64,000 bases of DNA from Gammaproteobacteria bacterium. GTDB lineage: Bacteria; Pseudomonadota; Gammaproteobacteria; Eutrophobiales; Eutrophobiaceae. Location: the NCBI GenBank assembly GCA_965221695.1, contig OZ244905.1, forward strand, positions 2,189,384-2,253,383, in the 5' to 3' direction. Each line of letters opens with the position of its first letter. Position 1 is the first letter of the stretch. Positions 1 through 10,626 of the stretch are shown here, one piece after another. The notes beneath the pieces were generated by a model that saw nothing but the letters and a program-made list of their open reading frames with translations, was not told the DNA's origin and ran no database searches. A program made the position numbers and the translations under genes.

Positions 1-2026
1 TATCCGCACCAGGAAGCCCGAAGAGGAATTCTCCGGGAACATCCGGGCCAGTTACGGAAATTATGACCACGCGCAGGTGTCTGGCGCGCTGAGCGGCGGC
101 TTGGCGCCGGGCATAGCCGGCCGCCTGGCTTTTCAGTATTCCGACCGGAATGGCTATGGCGAGAACAGCTTCACCCGGGATGGCAGCGACAGCGATGTGG
201 GCGATTGGGATGACCTTGGCCTGCGCGCAAAGCTGTTTTTTGAGCCGTCCACGGAGCTTGACATTGCCCTGACGGCCGATTACTCCCGGATCAATAATGG
301 CGGTAGTGTGATTGAGGCGCTGTCGGACACGGTGTTGCCGGAATATTTGGGGATTCTGCGCGCGATTCTGTCTCCCACCGATATTCTCACCATGCCCTCC
401 GGCGAACTGCCGGAAACGGTGGATAGCTTTGATAACAATGTCCACCAGGACCACCGGGACGATGCCAAGGATGAGCAATGGGGCATCGCCGGCAATATCG
501 ACTGGCGCCTGGGCAGCCATAGCGTCCGTTCCATAACCGGCTACAGGAAATGGTCCAATGACACACTGGATGAATCTATCCTGCGGCTACCGATGGACTT
601 GATCCGGCGCATCACTTTCTACGATGTGGAGACCGTGTCCCAGGAACTACAGATACTATCACCGACCGGCGGATTCATCGAGTACGTTGCCGGCGCGTAT
701 TTCTACCAGGAAGATTACGAAATCGACCAGTCTTTCGACCAGGGACCGGACTTCTGCACGCCGGTTGTCAGCAACCTGTTCACGAGTAACTTTCTGAGTT
801 TCAACCTCAGTCCCCAGACTGCCCAATTTCTCGCCGCCGGTGTAGGCAGGGACTGTGATGAAGCGGCGCAAACCAATGCTCTGTTTACCCGTTTCAGACA
901 GGAAGTCAGCAACTACGCACTGTATGGCCAGTTGACTGTCAATGTTACGGACCAACTGCGCGTAACCGGGGGGGTTCGCTGGACCGACAGTAACAAGGAT
1001 GGGAGCTTTCTCAGCGTGGTCAACAACCCGATTTCCGCGCCGCCTTCGCCTCAGAATCCCTTCACCATCGACTTGCGCATACCGGAACAGCATCCGGACC
1101 TTAAATATGATGAGGAAGAGCTGACCTGGTTGGCAAATATCAGTTATTCACCCGTCGATGGCGTAATGCTGTTTGCCACCTATGCCACTGGTTTCAGGTC
1201 AGGCGGTTTTAACCCCGAAGGCTTTGATTCCATTGCCGCGGCTACCGGCGCTGACCGGGTGTATGAGACGGAAACGGTGGACAATATCGAAATTGGCGCC
1301 AAGGGAGGGTTGTTTGATAACCGGGTAGTGGTCAACCTGAACTATTTTCATACGGAAATCGATGATCTCCAGGATCGCAAGTTCGACGGCGTAAATTTCC
1401 TTATGCAGAACGTCGAAGAGCTCACCCAGCAAGGTGTTGAGTTGGACATCCAGGCGCGCCCTGTGGAACAGCTTTATGCCGTTCTGGGAGTGAGTTACCT
1501 GGATTCCGATTTCGGCAATTTTCCCGACGCCACCAGCCAGCCGGCCGACATCGCCGCTTACCGGAGATCCGTCCAGGTGAGCCGGTTTCTGGGCACCCCC
1601 GTGGCGGAGTTGGCGCCTCGGGACCTGACCGGAGACAGGAACCACTTCTCGCCGCAGTGGCAATTGTCACTCGTAGCCGAATGGTCTGATCGTCTCCCGA
1701 TTCACGGTCTGGGCTGGTTTGCGCGCGCGGAATACCAGTATGTTTCCGAACAGAATGTCGGTTCGGACACGAACCAGTCGCCGCAGACGATGCAACCGGG
1801 CTACGATATCGTTAACGCTCGCTTGGGATTGCGCGGCGCCGGCGATAAATGGGAAATCTCCGGCTTCGCGCGCAATATATTTGATCAGGATTATTGTCAG
1901 GTGATATTCATCCAGCCCCTGGCCACCTCGCTGAACCTGGTTGACCCGGTAACCGGGGGTGGCATGCAGCGTTGCGTTGTCGGAGCGCCGCGGGTATGGG
2001 GAGTGGAAGTGGCATACCGTTTCTGA
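1..2026 (+). CDS. TonB-dependent outer membrane receptor, C-terminal portion. The 5' end lies upstream of the window.
   Basis: The ORF is open to the window start. The translation is rich in beta-strand motifs and ends in the ...AYRF aromatic terminus typical of TonB-dependent receptor barrels. Confidence 0.8.
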   Translation, partial: IRTRKPEEEFSGNIRASYGNYDHAQVSGALSGGLAPGIAGRLAFQYSDRNGYGENSFTRDGSDSDVGDWDDLGLRAKLFFEPSTELDIALTADYSRINNGGSVIEALSDTVLPEYLGILRAILSPTDILTMPSGELPETVDSFDNNVHQDHRDDAKDEQWGIAGNIDWRLGSHSVRSITGYRKWSNDTLDESILRLPMDLIRRITFYDVETVSQELQILSPTGGFIEYVAGAYFYQEDYEIDQSFDQGPDFCTPVVSNLFTSNFLSFNLSPQTAQFLAAGVGRDCDEAAQTNALFTRFRQEVSNYALYGQLTVNVTDQLRVTGGVRWTDSNKDGSFLSVVNNPISAPPSPQNPFTIDLRIPEQHPDLKYDEEELTWLANISYSPVDGVMLFATYATGFRSGGFNPEGFDSIAAATGADRVYETETVDNIEIGAKGGLFDNRVVVNLNYFHTEIDDLQDRKFDGVNFLMQNVEELTQQGVELDIQARPVEQLYAVLGVSYLDSDFGNFPDATSQPADIAAYRRSVQVSRFLGTPVAELAPRDLTGDRNHFSPQWQLSLVAEWSDRLPIHGLGWFARAEYQYVSEQNVGSDTNQSPQTMQPGYDIVNARLGLRGAGDKWEISGFARNIFDQDYCQVIFIQPLATSLNLVDPVTGGGMQRCVVGAPRVWGVEVAYRF

Positions 2027-2110
2027 TTCCAGGAATTCTTTTTGAAGACTTGAAATTCCGCTAAGCCGACACTATTTTTCCTGCTGTTCTATCAATCAGA
2101 GGGCCGCGCC

Positions 2111-2479
2111 TTGCCAATTTATGAGTACCAATGCCGTAATTGCGGTCATAAGCTCGAGAAATTGCAGAAGATCTCCGATCCGCCGCTGACGGATTGCCCG
2201 GCCTGTGGGCAACACAGCCTGCGCAAACTAGTGTCTCCGGTTGCTTTCCGGCTCAAGGGTGGCGGCTGGTACGAAACGGACTTCAAGGAAGATAAATCCC
2301 GCAGAAATCTGGCCAAGGATGATGACAAAAGCGCAGATTCCGACACCGCCAAGACCGCGGGAGACGAGAGCAAAACCAAGGCGAAAACCACAGAAAAAGT
2401 TACCGGCAGCGCCAGCGAGACAAAGACCGCCGCGCAGCCGTCTGACAAGCGCGCCACGCCGCCCGCTCCCGCTGGCTGA
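2111..2479 (+). CDS. FmdB-family zinc-ribbon regulatory protein
   Basis: The N-terminus reads MPIYEYQCRNCGH...CPACG, with two CxxC pairs and a TTG start. The C-terminal tail is low-complexity and K/D/T-rich. Confidence 0.7.
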   Translation: MPIYEYQCRNCGHKLEKLQKISDPPLTDCPACGQHSLRKLVSPVAFRLKGGGWYETDFKEDKSRRNLAKDDDKSADSDTAKTAGDESKTKAKTTEKVTGSASETKTAAQPSDKRATPPAPAG

Positions 2480-2515
2480 GCAAGTTAAGAATATGGTATC
2501 CTGCACCGGTTTTAT

Positions 2516-2537
2516 GCCGGGGCGCCGGCTTTTGCTT
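2516..2537 (+). terminator. Rho-independent terminator downstream of the zinc-ribbon gene
   Basis: A GCCGG-GGCG-CCGGC hairpin is followed by TTTTGCTT. Confidence 0.5.
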
Positions 2538-2583
2538 AGGAACCTCTGATAAAGTCAGAGTTTCCCTTAATATATACATATAA

Positions 2584-3228
2584 ATGACTGCTTTGCGGAA
2601 ATACATAATAGCTGGTTTGCTGGTTTGGCTGCCTCTGGTCATTACTGTAGCCATCATCAAGTTTGTTATCGACCTCCTGGATGGCACTATTCTGTTGTTG
2701 CCGCCGGAATATCGACCAGAAGCATTGTTGGGTTTCAGCATTCCGGGTGCGGGTATTGTTCTTGCGTTCGGCGTTCTGGTTCTCACTGGAATGTTTGCCG
2801 CCAACCTGCTGGGCCGACGCTTGGTAAAGTTGTGGGAGACGGCGTTGGGAAAGATTCCGCTGGTGCGGAACATCTACAACAGCGTGAAGCAGATAGCTAC
2901 TACCCTGCTGGCCTCCCAGAGCAAGTCATTTCGCAAGGTGGTCCTGGTCGAGTATCCGCGCAAGGACAGTTGGTGTATCGGCTTCCTGGTAAATGAGCAG
3001 CTTGATACCGACCACGCGATCACCGACCTGCAACTGCAGTCCATTTATCTGCCGACAACGCCCAACCCGACCTCCGGTTTCAACCTGCTGCTGCCACAAC
3101 GGGACATCATAGAGCTGGATATGTCGGTGGAAGACGGGTTCAAGTTCATCATCTCCATGGGAGTCATTGTCCCCGACGGCAAGATCAAACGTCTCATGCA
3201 GGAACACGCCGGCGCAGCCGGTTCCTGA
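2584..3228 (+). CDS. DUF502-family inner membrane protein
   Basis: The N-terminal transmembrane helices (IIAGLLVWLPLVITVAIIKFVIDLL) and the conserved core are typical of DUF502. Confidence 0.7.
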   Translation: MTALRKYIIAGLLVWLPLVITVAIIKFVIDLLDGTILLLPPEYRPEALLGFSIPGAGIVLAFGVLVLTGMFAANLLGRRLVKLWETALGKIPLVRNIYNSVKQIATTLLASQSKSFRKVVLVEYPRKDSWCIGFLVNEQLDTDHAITDLQLQSIYLPTTPNPTSGFNLLLPQRDIIELDMSVEDGFKFIISMGVIVPDGKIKRLMQEHAGAAGS

Positions 3229-3258
3229 TCGGCGCGGTTTACCGGGCAGGAGCGACCC

Positions 3259-5034
3259 ATGCGCAGCCATTATTGCGGACAACTGACGGCAGCCATGATC
3301 GGTGAGGAGGTTGCGCTATGCGGCTGGGTACACCGGCGGCGGGATCATGGCGGGGTAATTTTTATCGACTTGCGCGACCGGGAAGGACTGGCCCAGGTGG
3401 TCTATGATCCCGACCGCGCAGAATCCTTTGCCGTGGCCGAATCGCTCAGAAATGAGTACGTGGTGCGCGTGACCGGACGGGTGCGCCGGCGCCCGGAGGG
3501 CACGCTCAACCCGAATATGCCGACCGGCGAGGTGGAAGTGCTGGGGCACACGCTGGAACTGTTGAACAAGGCCAGGACCCCGCCGTTCCAGTTGGACGAT
3601 GAGAACGTGCAGGATGATATACGCCTGCGTTACCGCTACGTGGACTTGCGCCGTGAGACCATGCAGGAAAATATCAAGTTACGCAGCCGGGTCACCCGCG
3701 CCATCCGCGCGTACCTTGACGAGCGCGGTTTTCTTGATATTGAAACCCCGGCGCTGACCCGGGCAACCCCGGAAGGCGCACGCGATTACCTGGTACCGAG
3801 CCGGACCCAGCGCGGCGGCTTCTTCGCGCTGCCGCAATCGCCGCAGTTGTTCAAGCAGCTACTGATGATGTCCGGTATGGATCGTTACTACCAGATCGTC
3901 CGCTGCTTCCGCGACGAAGACCTGCGCGCGGACCGGCAACCGGAATTTACCCAGCTCGATATGGAAATGTCGTTTGTTGATGAGGCCGACATCACCGCAC
4001 TGGTGGAGGGCATGATCCGCGACCTGTTCAGGCAGGTGAGGGGTATTGAACTGGCGGACCCGTTCCCGCGCATGACGTACCATACAGCGATGCAACGCTA
4101 CGGCACGGACCGTCCGGACCTGCGCAACCCACTGGAACTGGTCGAGGTCGGCGACCTGATGCAACAAGTGGAATTCAAGGTGTTTTCCGGCCCGGCAAAC
4201 CAGGCAAACGGCCGTGTGGCCGCGCTGCGCCTGCCCGGCGGAAATAGCCTCACGCGCAAGGAGATCGACGATTATACCGCGTATGTGGCGAAGTTCGGCG
4301 CTCGGGGACTTGCGTATATCAAGGTCAATGACCTGGACAAGGGCAAAGACGGGCTGCAGTCACCCATCCTGAAATTCCTGCCCGGGGAAACGGTCCAGGC
4401 CGTATTGCAGCGTACCGGGGCGCAGACCGGGGACCTCGTGTTCTTCGGCGCCGACAAGGCCCGCATCGTCAACGACTCGCTCGGCGCGCTGCGTACAGCG
4501 CTGGGTGAGGACCTGAAGTTGCTGCAGGGAGACTGGGCGCCACTCTGGGTCGTCGATTTTCCCTTATTCGAATATAACGACGCGGAACAGCGCTGGGATT
4601 CCCTGCACCACCCGTTTACCGCACCGCAGGCGCAAGAGCCGGATGGCGACCTGCATCAGGGCTTGTCGCGCGCCTACGACCTGGTACTTAACGGTATGGA
4701 GCTGGGCGGCGGTTCGATCCGTATCCATGAGCCGAAAATGCAACTGAAGGCGCTGCAACTGCTGGGCATTGATGAGGAGCAGGCGCGGGAGAAGTTCGGT
4801 TTCCTGATTGATGCCCTGTCATATGGCTGCCCGCCCCACGGCGGCATCGCGCTGGGCCTGGATCGTATCGTCATGATCATGGCCGGCGCCAAAGGGATCC
4901 GGGATGTGATCGCGTTTCCCAAGACCCAGACCGCCAGTTGCCTGCTCACGGACGCCCCCGCTGCTGCTTCGCCGGAACAGTTGCGTGAACTGGGGATAAG
5001 ACTGGTCTATAATTCCAAACAAGCATCTGACTAA
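3259..5034 (+). CDS. aspS: Aspartate--tRNA ligase
   Basis: The 591 aa product has class II aaRS motifs ([38 protein letters not shown]) and colinear similarity to bacterial AspS. Confidence 0.95.
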   Translation: MRSHYCGQLTAAMIGEEVALCGWVHRRRDHGGVIFIDLRDREGLAQVVYDPDRAESFAVAESLRNEYVVRVTGRVRRRPEGTLNPNMPTGEVEVLGHTLELLNKARTPPFQLDDENVQDDIRLRYRYVDLRRETMQENIKLRSRVTRAIRAYLDERGFLDIETPALTRATPEGARDYLVPSRTQRGGFFALPQSPQLFKQLLMMSGMDRYYQIVRCFRDEDLRADRQPEFTQLDMEMSFVDEADITALVEGMIRDLFRQVRGIELADPFPRMTYHTAMQRYGTDRPDLRNPLELVEVGDLMQQVEFKVFSGPANQANGRVAALRLPGGNSLTRKEIDDYTAYVAKFGARGLAYIKVNDLDKGKDGLQSPILKFLPGETVQAVLQRTGAQTGDLVFFGADKARIVNDSLGALRTALGEDLKLLQGDWAPLWVVDFPLFEYNDAEQRWDSLHHPFTAPQAQEPDGDLHQGLSRAYDLVLNGMELGGGSIRIHEPKMQLKALQLLGIDEEQAREKFGFLIDALSYGCPPHGGIALGLDRIVMIMAGAKGIRDVIAFPKTQTASCLLTDAPAAASPEQLRELGIRLVYNSKQASD

Positions 5035-5078
5035 GTCAGGGTTTGAAGCCATACTCAGGAGAGAAGCTAAATAAAGTC

Positions 5079-8000
5079 ATGATTCGGCAGTCTGTCATCG
5101 CGTTGTTTCTGCTTGTTTGCGGTCTGCCGAGCCATGCCGAACAGGCGACCAACCAGGCCGAAGAGCAACAACCCCAGGCTGCAGAGAAGCTAGAACAGGA
5201 ACCCGCTCAACAGGATGAAACGCAGCAAACGGAACAGGACGCCGAGCAACCTGGCGGGGACACAGCGACGGCGCCGGATGCAGAAACCGACGAAGAACCC
5301 GCACAGCCTGTTGTCACCGAGGCGCCGGAGGAAATTATCGTCACCGGATCGCGCATTCGCCGCGATGCGTTCACATCGGCGCTACCGGTAACCGTCATCA
5401 CCGAGGAAAGCGCGATCCTCGCGGGCATGGCCAATACCGCAGAGGTTCTGCAATCCAGCGCACTGGCCTCCGGCCCCCAGATCGACAACAGTTTCGGCGG
5501 GTTTGTCGTGTCGGGCGGCCCCGGGGTGAACACCTTTGGCCTGCGCAGTCTGGATCCGGGCCGAACGCTGATGCTGGTGAACGGCAAGCGCTTTACCCCG
5601 GCAGGCACCCGCGGCCAGGTAAACAGCGTCGACCTGAACTCGATCCCGGATGTCGCGATTGACCGCATCGAAATATTGAAGGACGGCGCTTCCTCGATCT
5701 ATGGCGCGGACGCGATCGCCGGGGTGGTGAACATCATCACCAAGCGGCGTTTCGATGACGTCATTGTTGAAGGCTATTACCAGGATGAGTTGGATTACGG
5801 TTCCGTGAGCGGACTGTTCGGCAAGACCTGGGACCGCGGCTATGTTGACGCCGCCATCGAATTTACCACCATGGGGCCGGTAGGCCGGGACGAACAGGCG
5901 TACAGTTTCTGCAATGAACGCCCGCTGACCAACGGCGATATCCATCCATCGCTGTATGCGCCGACCCGTGGCCGGTGTTTCGGCTCAGTGTACGGGTTCG
6001 TGGATGTGTACGGGTTGGGCCCGGTGGTTAGCACGGTACGTGATCCCGGCGCCAACTTTGCCGGGATCGGGATCCCCTGGCGCGAATTTGGCATCATTAA
6101 CGGCGAAGAAACGCCGGAAGAAGGCTACCGGGACGACCGCAACTGGGGCGTGGAACACATGTTGCCGGAGCGCCGGCGCATCCAGGCGTACAGCGACGGG
6201 GGGCTGGATTTCGACTTGGGCGGGTTGCTGGGGACGGTCAGCGCCGGTTATGAATTCTATTTTACCCATCGTGATGACAACAATAACCGCGGCTACCGGC
6301 AGTTCTTCCCTTATGTCCACCCGGCCAATCCAACCAACCCGTTCGGAAGTATCGGCGGAATCGCCCAGCCGGTGCTGATGAGCTACGACTTGCTGAGCCC
6401 GATCACCGAAGTGCGCAACGATGTGGGCGCCCTGCGCCTGGCCCTGGAAGGCGACCTGGGCCAGTTTACCTGGAAGCTGGACGGCGGTTATTCCTGGAGC
6501 CGCGGAGAATGGACCTACGATGTGTTGCTGAAGGACAAGGTGGCGCGCGCCCTGTCCGCTGCCATTGGGCCGGACGGCAACCTGCAGTGTGTGCTGAACC
6601 CGGGCCAACTGCAGTTCGGCGCCAATTTCGATGGGGCGACAGTAGCGCGCGTCCTGGCAGAAGGCCCGGACCCGAACTGTATTCCGCTGGACTTGTTCAG
6701 TGAAGACGCGTTGCAGCGCGGCGCCATTCCCGCAGCCGCCGCGGACTATATCACCGACCGGCAGCAGCTCAAGACCAGTTATGATCTCTGGATCGCAGGG
6801 TTTTCCATGGAAGGGCGGCTGTTTGACCTGCCTGCCGGCGAAGCGCGCGCGGTGGCGGGCATGGACTGGCGCAGCCGCAGCCTGAATGACCGGCCGCCGC
6901 CGGCGTCGATCGAAGACAACCAATGGGGCTTTACTTCTTCCGGGGTCACCAAAGGCAATGACCGTGTCATCGAAGGCTATACGGAAGTGGAACTGCCGCT
7001 GCTATCCGGTTTCAGGGTCGGCGGCGTCAGCCTGGCGGAAGAACTCACGGTGAACGGCTCTTATCGCTATACCCATTACAGCTCCTACGGCAGTGAATCC
7101 ACCTGGCGCTTGCTGTTCAATTACGCGGTCAACCCGGTATTGCGCGTGCGCAGCGCACTCGGCACCTCGTTCCGCGCCCCGGCGCTGTTCCACCTGAAGC
7201 TGGCGCCGGTGACCGGCTTTGTCGCGTCCAGGGCCGACCCTTGCGACCGCTTCCGCGACCCGGCCCAGGACGTGGACCCGAACAGCAACCAGTACCGGAA
7301 TTGTGAAGCGCTGGAGAACCAGGGCGTTATTCCTGCCGATTATTCGCCCACATCAAGCATCCGGGTCACCTCGGGGGGCAATCCCGAACTTGAGGCGGAG
7401 TCCTCGGACTCCTGGTCCCTGGGATTTGTCGTCACACCGGACCTGGCCGGCATGTTTCCGTCCCTGGGCCTGGACCTCAGCGTCGCGTTTGACTACTACG
7501 ACATCGACCTTGAGAACTCGATCTCCCGGCTTAGCGCCAGCGACATCCTGTCGCGTTGTTACAACTCATTGAACTTCAGCGCGGAGGAATGCAGCCTGGT
7601 CGGCGCGCGCCGGGAGAGCGGCGAGCTCGACGGCGTCAATTCCTCGTACATCAATGTCGCGGTGGAACGCTCATCGGGGTATGACATCACGGTGCGCGCC
7701 GATCGCGAGTTCTCGTTCGGCGACCTCAGCGTGGATATCCTGGCCACGCGCCTGCTCGCGTACCAGTACGGCCTGGGCGATGAGAAACCAACCAATTACG
7801 CCGGCCGGCACGCGTATGCAAGCTGGCGCGGCGAGTCCGATGTGCGTTTTCAGTGGCGCGATTTCACCTTCGTCTGGACCACCGACTACATAGGTTCCAC
7901 CGACGAGGAACCGATCTATACGCTGACCGGGGACAGCAACGTTACCAACGTCGTTGACGCGGATGACCGCTTTTTTCACAATTTCTCCATCCGTTACCGC

Positions 8001-8198
8001 GACCCGAACCGCCGGTTCTACGTGGTGGTGGGCGTGCGCAACCTGTTTGACACGTCCCCGCCGGTAGTGGGTTGGGGACCAAACAGCCCGTCCACTGCGA
8101 CGGTTGTCGACTACAATGTCCCGCTTGGCGCCGGTTACAGCTTGCTCGACCGCAGGATCTTCGCTTCGTTCAGTTATGATCTGTCCTCGTTGTTCTGA
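5079..8198 (+). CDS. TonB-dependent receptor with a long acidic Q/E-rich N-terminal extension
   Basis: A signal peptide (MIRQSVIALFLLVCGLPSHA) is followed by a 65 aa low-complexity acidic segment (A/Q/E-rich at first, then D/T/A/P-rich). A TonB box (EEIIVTGSRI) and a plug/barrel follow, ending ...SSLF. An upstream in-frame TTG at 5043 is an alternative start. Confidence 0.85.
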   Translation: MIRQSVIALFLLVCGLPSHAEQATNQAEEQQPQAAEKLEQEPAQQDETQQTEQDAEQPGGDTATAPDAETDEEPAQPVVTEAPEEIIVTGSRIRRDAFTSALPVTVITEESAILAGMANTAEVLQSSALASGPQIDNSFGGFVVSGGPGVNTFGLRSLDPGRTLMLVNGKRFTPAGTRGQVNSVDLNSIPDVAIDRIEILKDGASSIYGADAIAGVVNIITKRRFDDVIVEGYYQDELDYGSVSGLFGKTWDRGYVDAAIEFTTMGPVGRDEQAYSFCNERPLTNGDIHPSLYAPTRGRCFGSVYGFVDVYGLGPVVSTVRDPGANFAGIGIPWREFGIINGEETPEEGYRDDRNWGVEHMLPERRRIQAYSDGGLDFDLGGLLGTVSAGYEFYFTHRDDNNNRGYRQFFPYVHPANPTNPFGSIGGIAQPVLMSYDLLSPITEVRNDVGALRLALEGDLGQFTWKLDGGYSWSRGEWTYDVLLKDKVARALSAAIGPDGNLQCVLNPGQLQFGANFDGATVARVLAEGPDPNCIPLDLFSEDALQRGAIPAAAADYITDRQQLKTSYDLWIAGFSMEGRLFDLPAGEARAVAGMDWRSRSLNDRPPPASIEDNQWGFTSSGVTKGNDRVIEGYTEVELPLLSGFRVGGVSLAEELTVNGSYRYTHYSSYGSESTWRLLFNYAVNPVLRVRSALGTSFRAPALFHLKLAPVTGFVASRADPCDRFRDPAQDVDPNSNQYRNCEALENQGVIPADYSPTSSIRVTSGGNPELEAESSDSWSLGFVVTPDLAGMFPSLGLDLSVAFDYYDIDLENSISRLSASDILSRCYNSLNFSAEECSLVGARRESGELDGVNSSYINVAVERSSGYDITVRADREFSFGDLSVDILATRLLAYQYGLGDEKPTNYAGRHAYASWRGESDVRFQWRDFTFVWTTDYIGSTDEEPIYTLTGDSNVTNVVDADDRFFHNFSIRYRDPNRRFYVVVGVRNLFDTSPPVVGWGPNSPSTATVVDYNVPLGAGYSLLDRRIFASFSYDLSSLF

Positions 8199-8265
8199 GC
8201 GCCGGGGACTTTCGCCAACGGCAGGCATATTGCCGACCGGCGGCCACGGTTCTGACGGCCGGGGG

Positions 8266-10383
8266 TTGCGATGGTTCAGGTCAACGCCGCGCGGAATTGC
8301 CGTACCCGCAGCCGCTCCAACAAATTCTGCGCCGGTTGGCCCGGCAATCAAGTCAGCGCCGCGCGGATTTATCCTGCCCGCGCTGGTAACCCTGCTCCTG
8401 TATGCGGGCGCGTCCAGCGCGTTGGAACCGCCGGCCCTGGAAGAGTTTGCGATGCTGCCGATGGTACGGGATGTGGATTTGTCCCCGTCCGGTGAGCATG
8501 TTGCCGTGATGCGCCTGCCCGGCCCCGGTCAGAACTATGTGGTGGATGTCTACGAGACCGCCCGACTTGATGAAGACCCGTATACCCTGGGCTCGGAACA
8601 CATGGATATCGTCAGGGTCGACTGGGCCAATGACCGGCGCTTGCTAATCATCACGCGCCAGCCGGTGGAGGTGCCGGGACGGCGTGTTGGCTACAACAGG
8701 CACAGCGTCGGCGCGTCCGGCAAGGTAAAGACCTACGCGTGGAAGCTGCTGTCGGTAGGCATCGACGGCGGGCGCTGGGTCGAGTTGCCGAGCAAGTCCA
8801 ATATTACCCGCTTCGCGTTCGAGACCTATGTGCAGCGTCTGTTCAGGCCCAGGATGATTTCGCGTCTTCCCAAGGAAGAGGATTGGGTGTTACTGGAGTG
8901 GGCCAATTCCGAGAAGAGTGGCACAGAGGTGTTTAAGGTGAACGTGAACAACGGCCAGGCGCGCCCGGAGTTCAAACACTCGGCGGACTTCCTCGGTTAC
9001 GTGTTCGACAAAGAAGGAGACGCACGCGTACGCAGCCGCGCCAACCGGAACGACAATACCGTTACCCTGCAATTCCGCACCGGCATAGAAGGCGGCTGGA
9101 GCGATTGGACCGACTGGCTGACTTGGGACGTGGATGCGGATCGCTACGTGGAAGTCCTGGCTTTTGAGTCACCGGACTACAACAGGGCCTATGTACGCTG
9201 GGCCAGGGACCGTGACACGCAAGGTATCTACCTGTTCGACATGAAGAATCCAGACGCGGAACCGGAGCTGCTGTTCGCAATCGACCGTTATGACGCCCAA
9301 GATGTTGTCGTCGCCTGTGTGTCGCAGGAGTGCGTGGATGGAGACGAGGACCCGCCAATAGTCGGGTTTTATTACGTGGGCGATGGCCCCAGCATTTACT
9401 ATGTTGACGAGGCCGCCGCGGCCTTGCAGGCGTCCATTGACGCGGCGCTGCCGGCGGGCAATTTCAATCGCATTCATGACCGGGCGAAAGAGGACAAGTA
9501 CATCATCATCCGCTCCATGGGGCCGCAAGAGCCGGGCCGTTACTACCTGTTGGAGGACCGTTCCCGGCTGCGGTTGCTGGGCCGGGCATCCACGATAGAA
9601 CCCGAACAGTTCGGCGAGCGCAAGGTCATCTGGTACGAGGCCCGCGACGGCATGAAGCTGAACGCGGTGCTGACCTTGCCCACCCACGGCGAACCGCCGT
9701 ATCCGGCCATTGCCCACCCGCACGGCGGCCCGCGCAGCCGCGATTCCCTGCACTGGAACTCGTCTTTCTGGGACGAGTGGCCACAATTGCTGGCGACCCG
9801 CGGCTACGCGGTGCTGCAACCCAACTACCGCGGCTCCACGGGCTTCGGTTTCGACTATTACAGCGCCGGGAACAAGGAGTGGGGTTACAAGATGCAGGAC
9901 GATGTGGACGACGGCATGCATTACCTGGTGGAACAGGGCATCGCCGACCCGGACAGGATGGCGATCTTCGGCTGGAGTTACGGCGGCTACTCGGCGATGG
10001 TAGGCGCGCTACGCGATCCCAATATCTACCGCTGCGCGATCCCGGGCGCCGGGGTCAGCAGCATGGAGTTGATCGAGAAGGAAGCATGGCATTACCGGTT
10101 CCGGGACGTGATCCAGATATGGCGCGGCGGACTGTCTCCGCTCCGCCATATGGACGCGGTGAATGTGCCCGTGCTGCTGGTGCACGGCGATCGCGACCTG
10201 ATTGTGCCTATCAAGCACAGCGACCTGTTTGCCCGGGAACTGGAAAAACGCGGCAAGCCCTACAAGTACCTGAAACTGGTGGACGCCGCACACACGGTCG
10301 ACACCCTGAGCTACCGCCATTACCTGGAGTTCTACCGCACGCTGCTGGATTTTCTGGCCGATGATTGCGGGTTGCAAGGTTGA
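8266..10383 (+). CDS. S9 family serine peptidase (prolyl oligopeptidase/acylaminoacyl-peptidase type)
   Basis: The protein has a beta-propeller-like N-terminal half and a C-terminal alpha/beta hydrolase with GWSYGGY (GxSxGG) and HGDRDLIVP motifs. There is no in-frame ATG upstream of the signal-like segment, so the start is uncertain. TTG at 8266 is the best candidate. The ORF-track start at 8104 overlaps the preceding gene. Confidence 0.75.
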   Translation: MRWFRSTPRGIAVPAAAPTNSAPVGPAIKSAPRGFILPALVTLLLYAGASSALEPPALEEFAMLPMVRDVDLSPSGEHVAVMRLPGPGQNYVVDVYETARLDEDPYTLGSEHMDIVRVDWANDRRLLIITRQPVEVPGRRVGYNRHSVGASGKVKTYAWKLLSVGIDGGRWVELPSKSNITRFAFETYVQRLFRPRMISRLPKEEDWVLLEWANSEKSGTEVFKVNVNNGQARPEFKHSADFLGYVFDKEGDARVRSRANRNDNTVTLQFRTGIEGGWSDWTDWLTWDVDADRYVEVLAFESPDYNRAYVRWARDRDTQGIYLFDMKNPDAEPELLFAIDRYDAQDVVVACVSQECVDGDEDPPIVGFYYVGDGPSIYYVDEAAAALQASIDAALPAGNFNRIHDRAKEDKYIIIRSMGPQEPGRYYLLEDRSRLRLLGRASTIEPEQFGERKVIWYEARDGMKLNAVLTLPTHGEPPYPAIAHPHGGPRSRDSLHWNSSFWDEWPQLLATRGYAVLQPNYRGSTGFGFDYYSAGNKEWGYKMQDDVDDGMHYLVEQGIADPDRMAIFGWSYGGYSAMVGALRDPNIYRCAIPGAGVSSMELIEKEAWHYRFRDVIQIWRGGLSPLRHMDAVNVPVLLVHGDRDLIVPIKHSDLFARELEKRGKPYKYLKLVDAAHTVDTLSYRHYLEFYRTLLDFLADDCGLQG

Positions 10384-10411
10384 CAGTCCAGGCCGCCGCG
10401 ACACCCGGATA

Positions 10412-10467
10412 CCGTGTCGCCCTTCGGGTGCCCCTTTATCCACTGGATACCCGTTTCCACGGGAATG
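10412..10467 (-). repeat. REP-like two-hairpin repeat, copy in inverted orientation
   Basis: ACTGGATACCCGTTTCCACGGGAATGG is the reverse complement of the CCATTCCCGTGGAAACGGGAATCCAGT core seen at 44051 and 44237. It is preceded by a GTCGCCCTTCGGGTGCC hairpin. Confidence 0.5.
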
Positions 10468-10626
10468 GGGCGGGGGCGCGACCCGTTTCATCTGAGAACT
10501 TGGCTGCGACCCGGAACCGCTTGTGTGCTAAACTAGGACTGGAGTGTAAACAGTCCGACAGCTCTTGAGCATGGTATGAGCAGGGAACATCACATGCCGC
10601 CGGCTGGAGGCAGAGGTTCCGAAGAA

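Noticed and set aside
5985-6923. 312 aa minus-strand ORF inside the TonB-dependent receptor gene
   Set aside because: It is a shadow ORF. The product is Arg/Ala/Gly-rich and low-complexity, typical of an antisense reading of high-GC coding DNA.
8104-8265. N-terminal extension of the S9 peptidase ORF from the ORF-track TTG at 8104
   Set aside because: It overlaps the last 95 nt of the TonB receptor gene in another frame and would put about 80 residues before the signal-like segment.
8271-8495. 74 aa ORF with a strong GGGGG SD at 8260-8264
   Set aside because: It lies out of frame inside the S9 peptidase N-terminal region. The product is Arg/Gly/Ala-rich with no recognisable features, so it is likely a chance SD.
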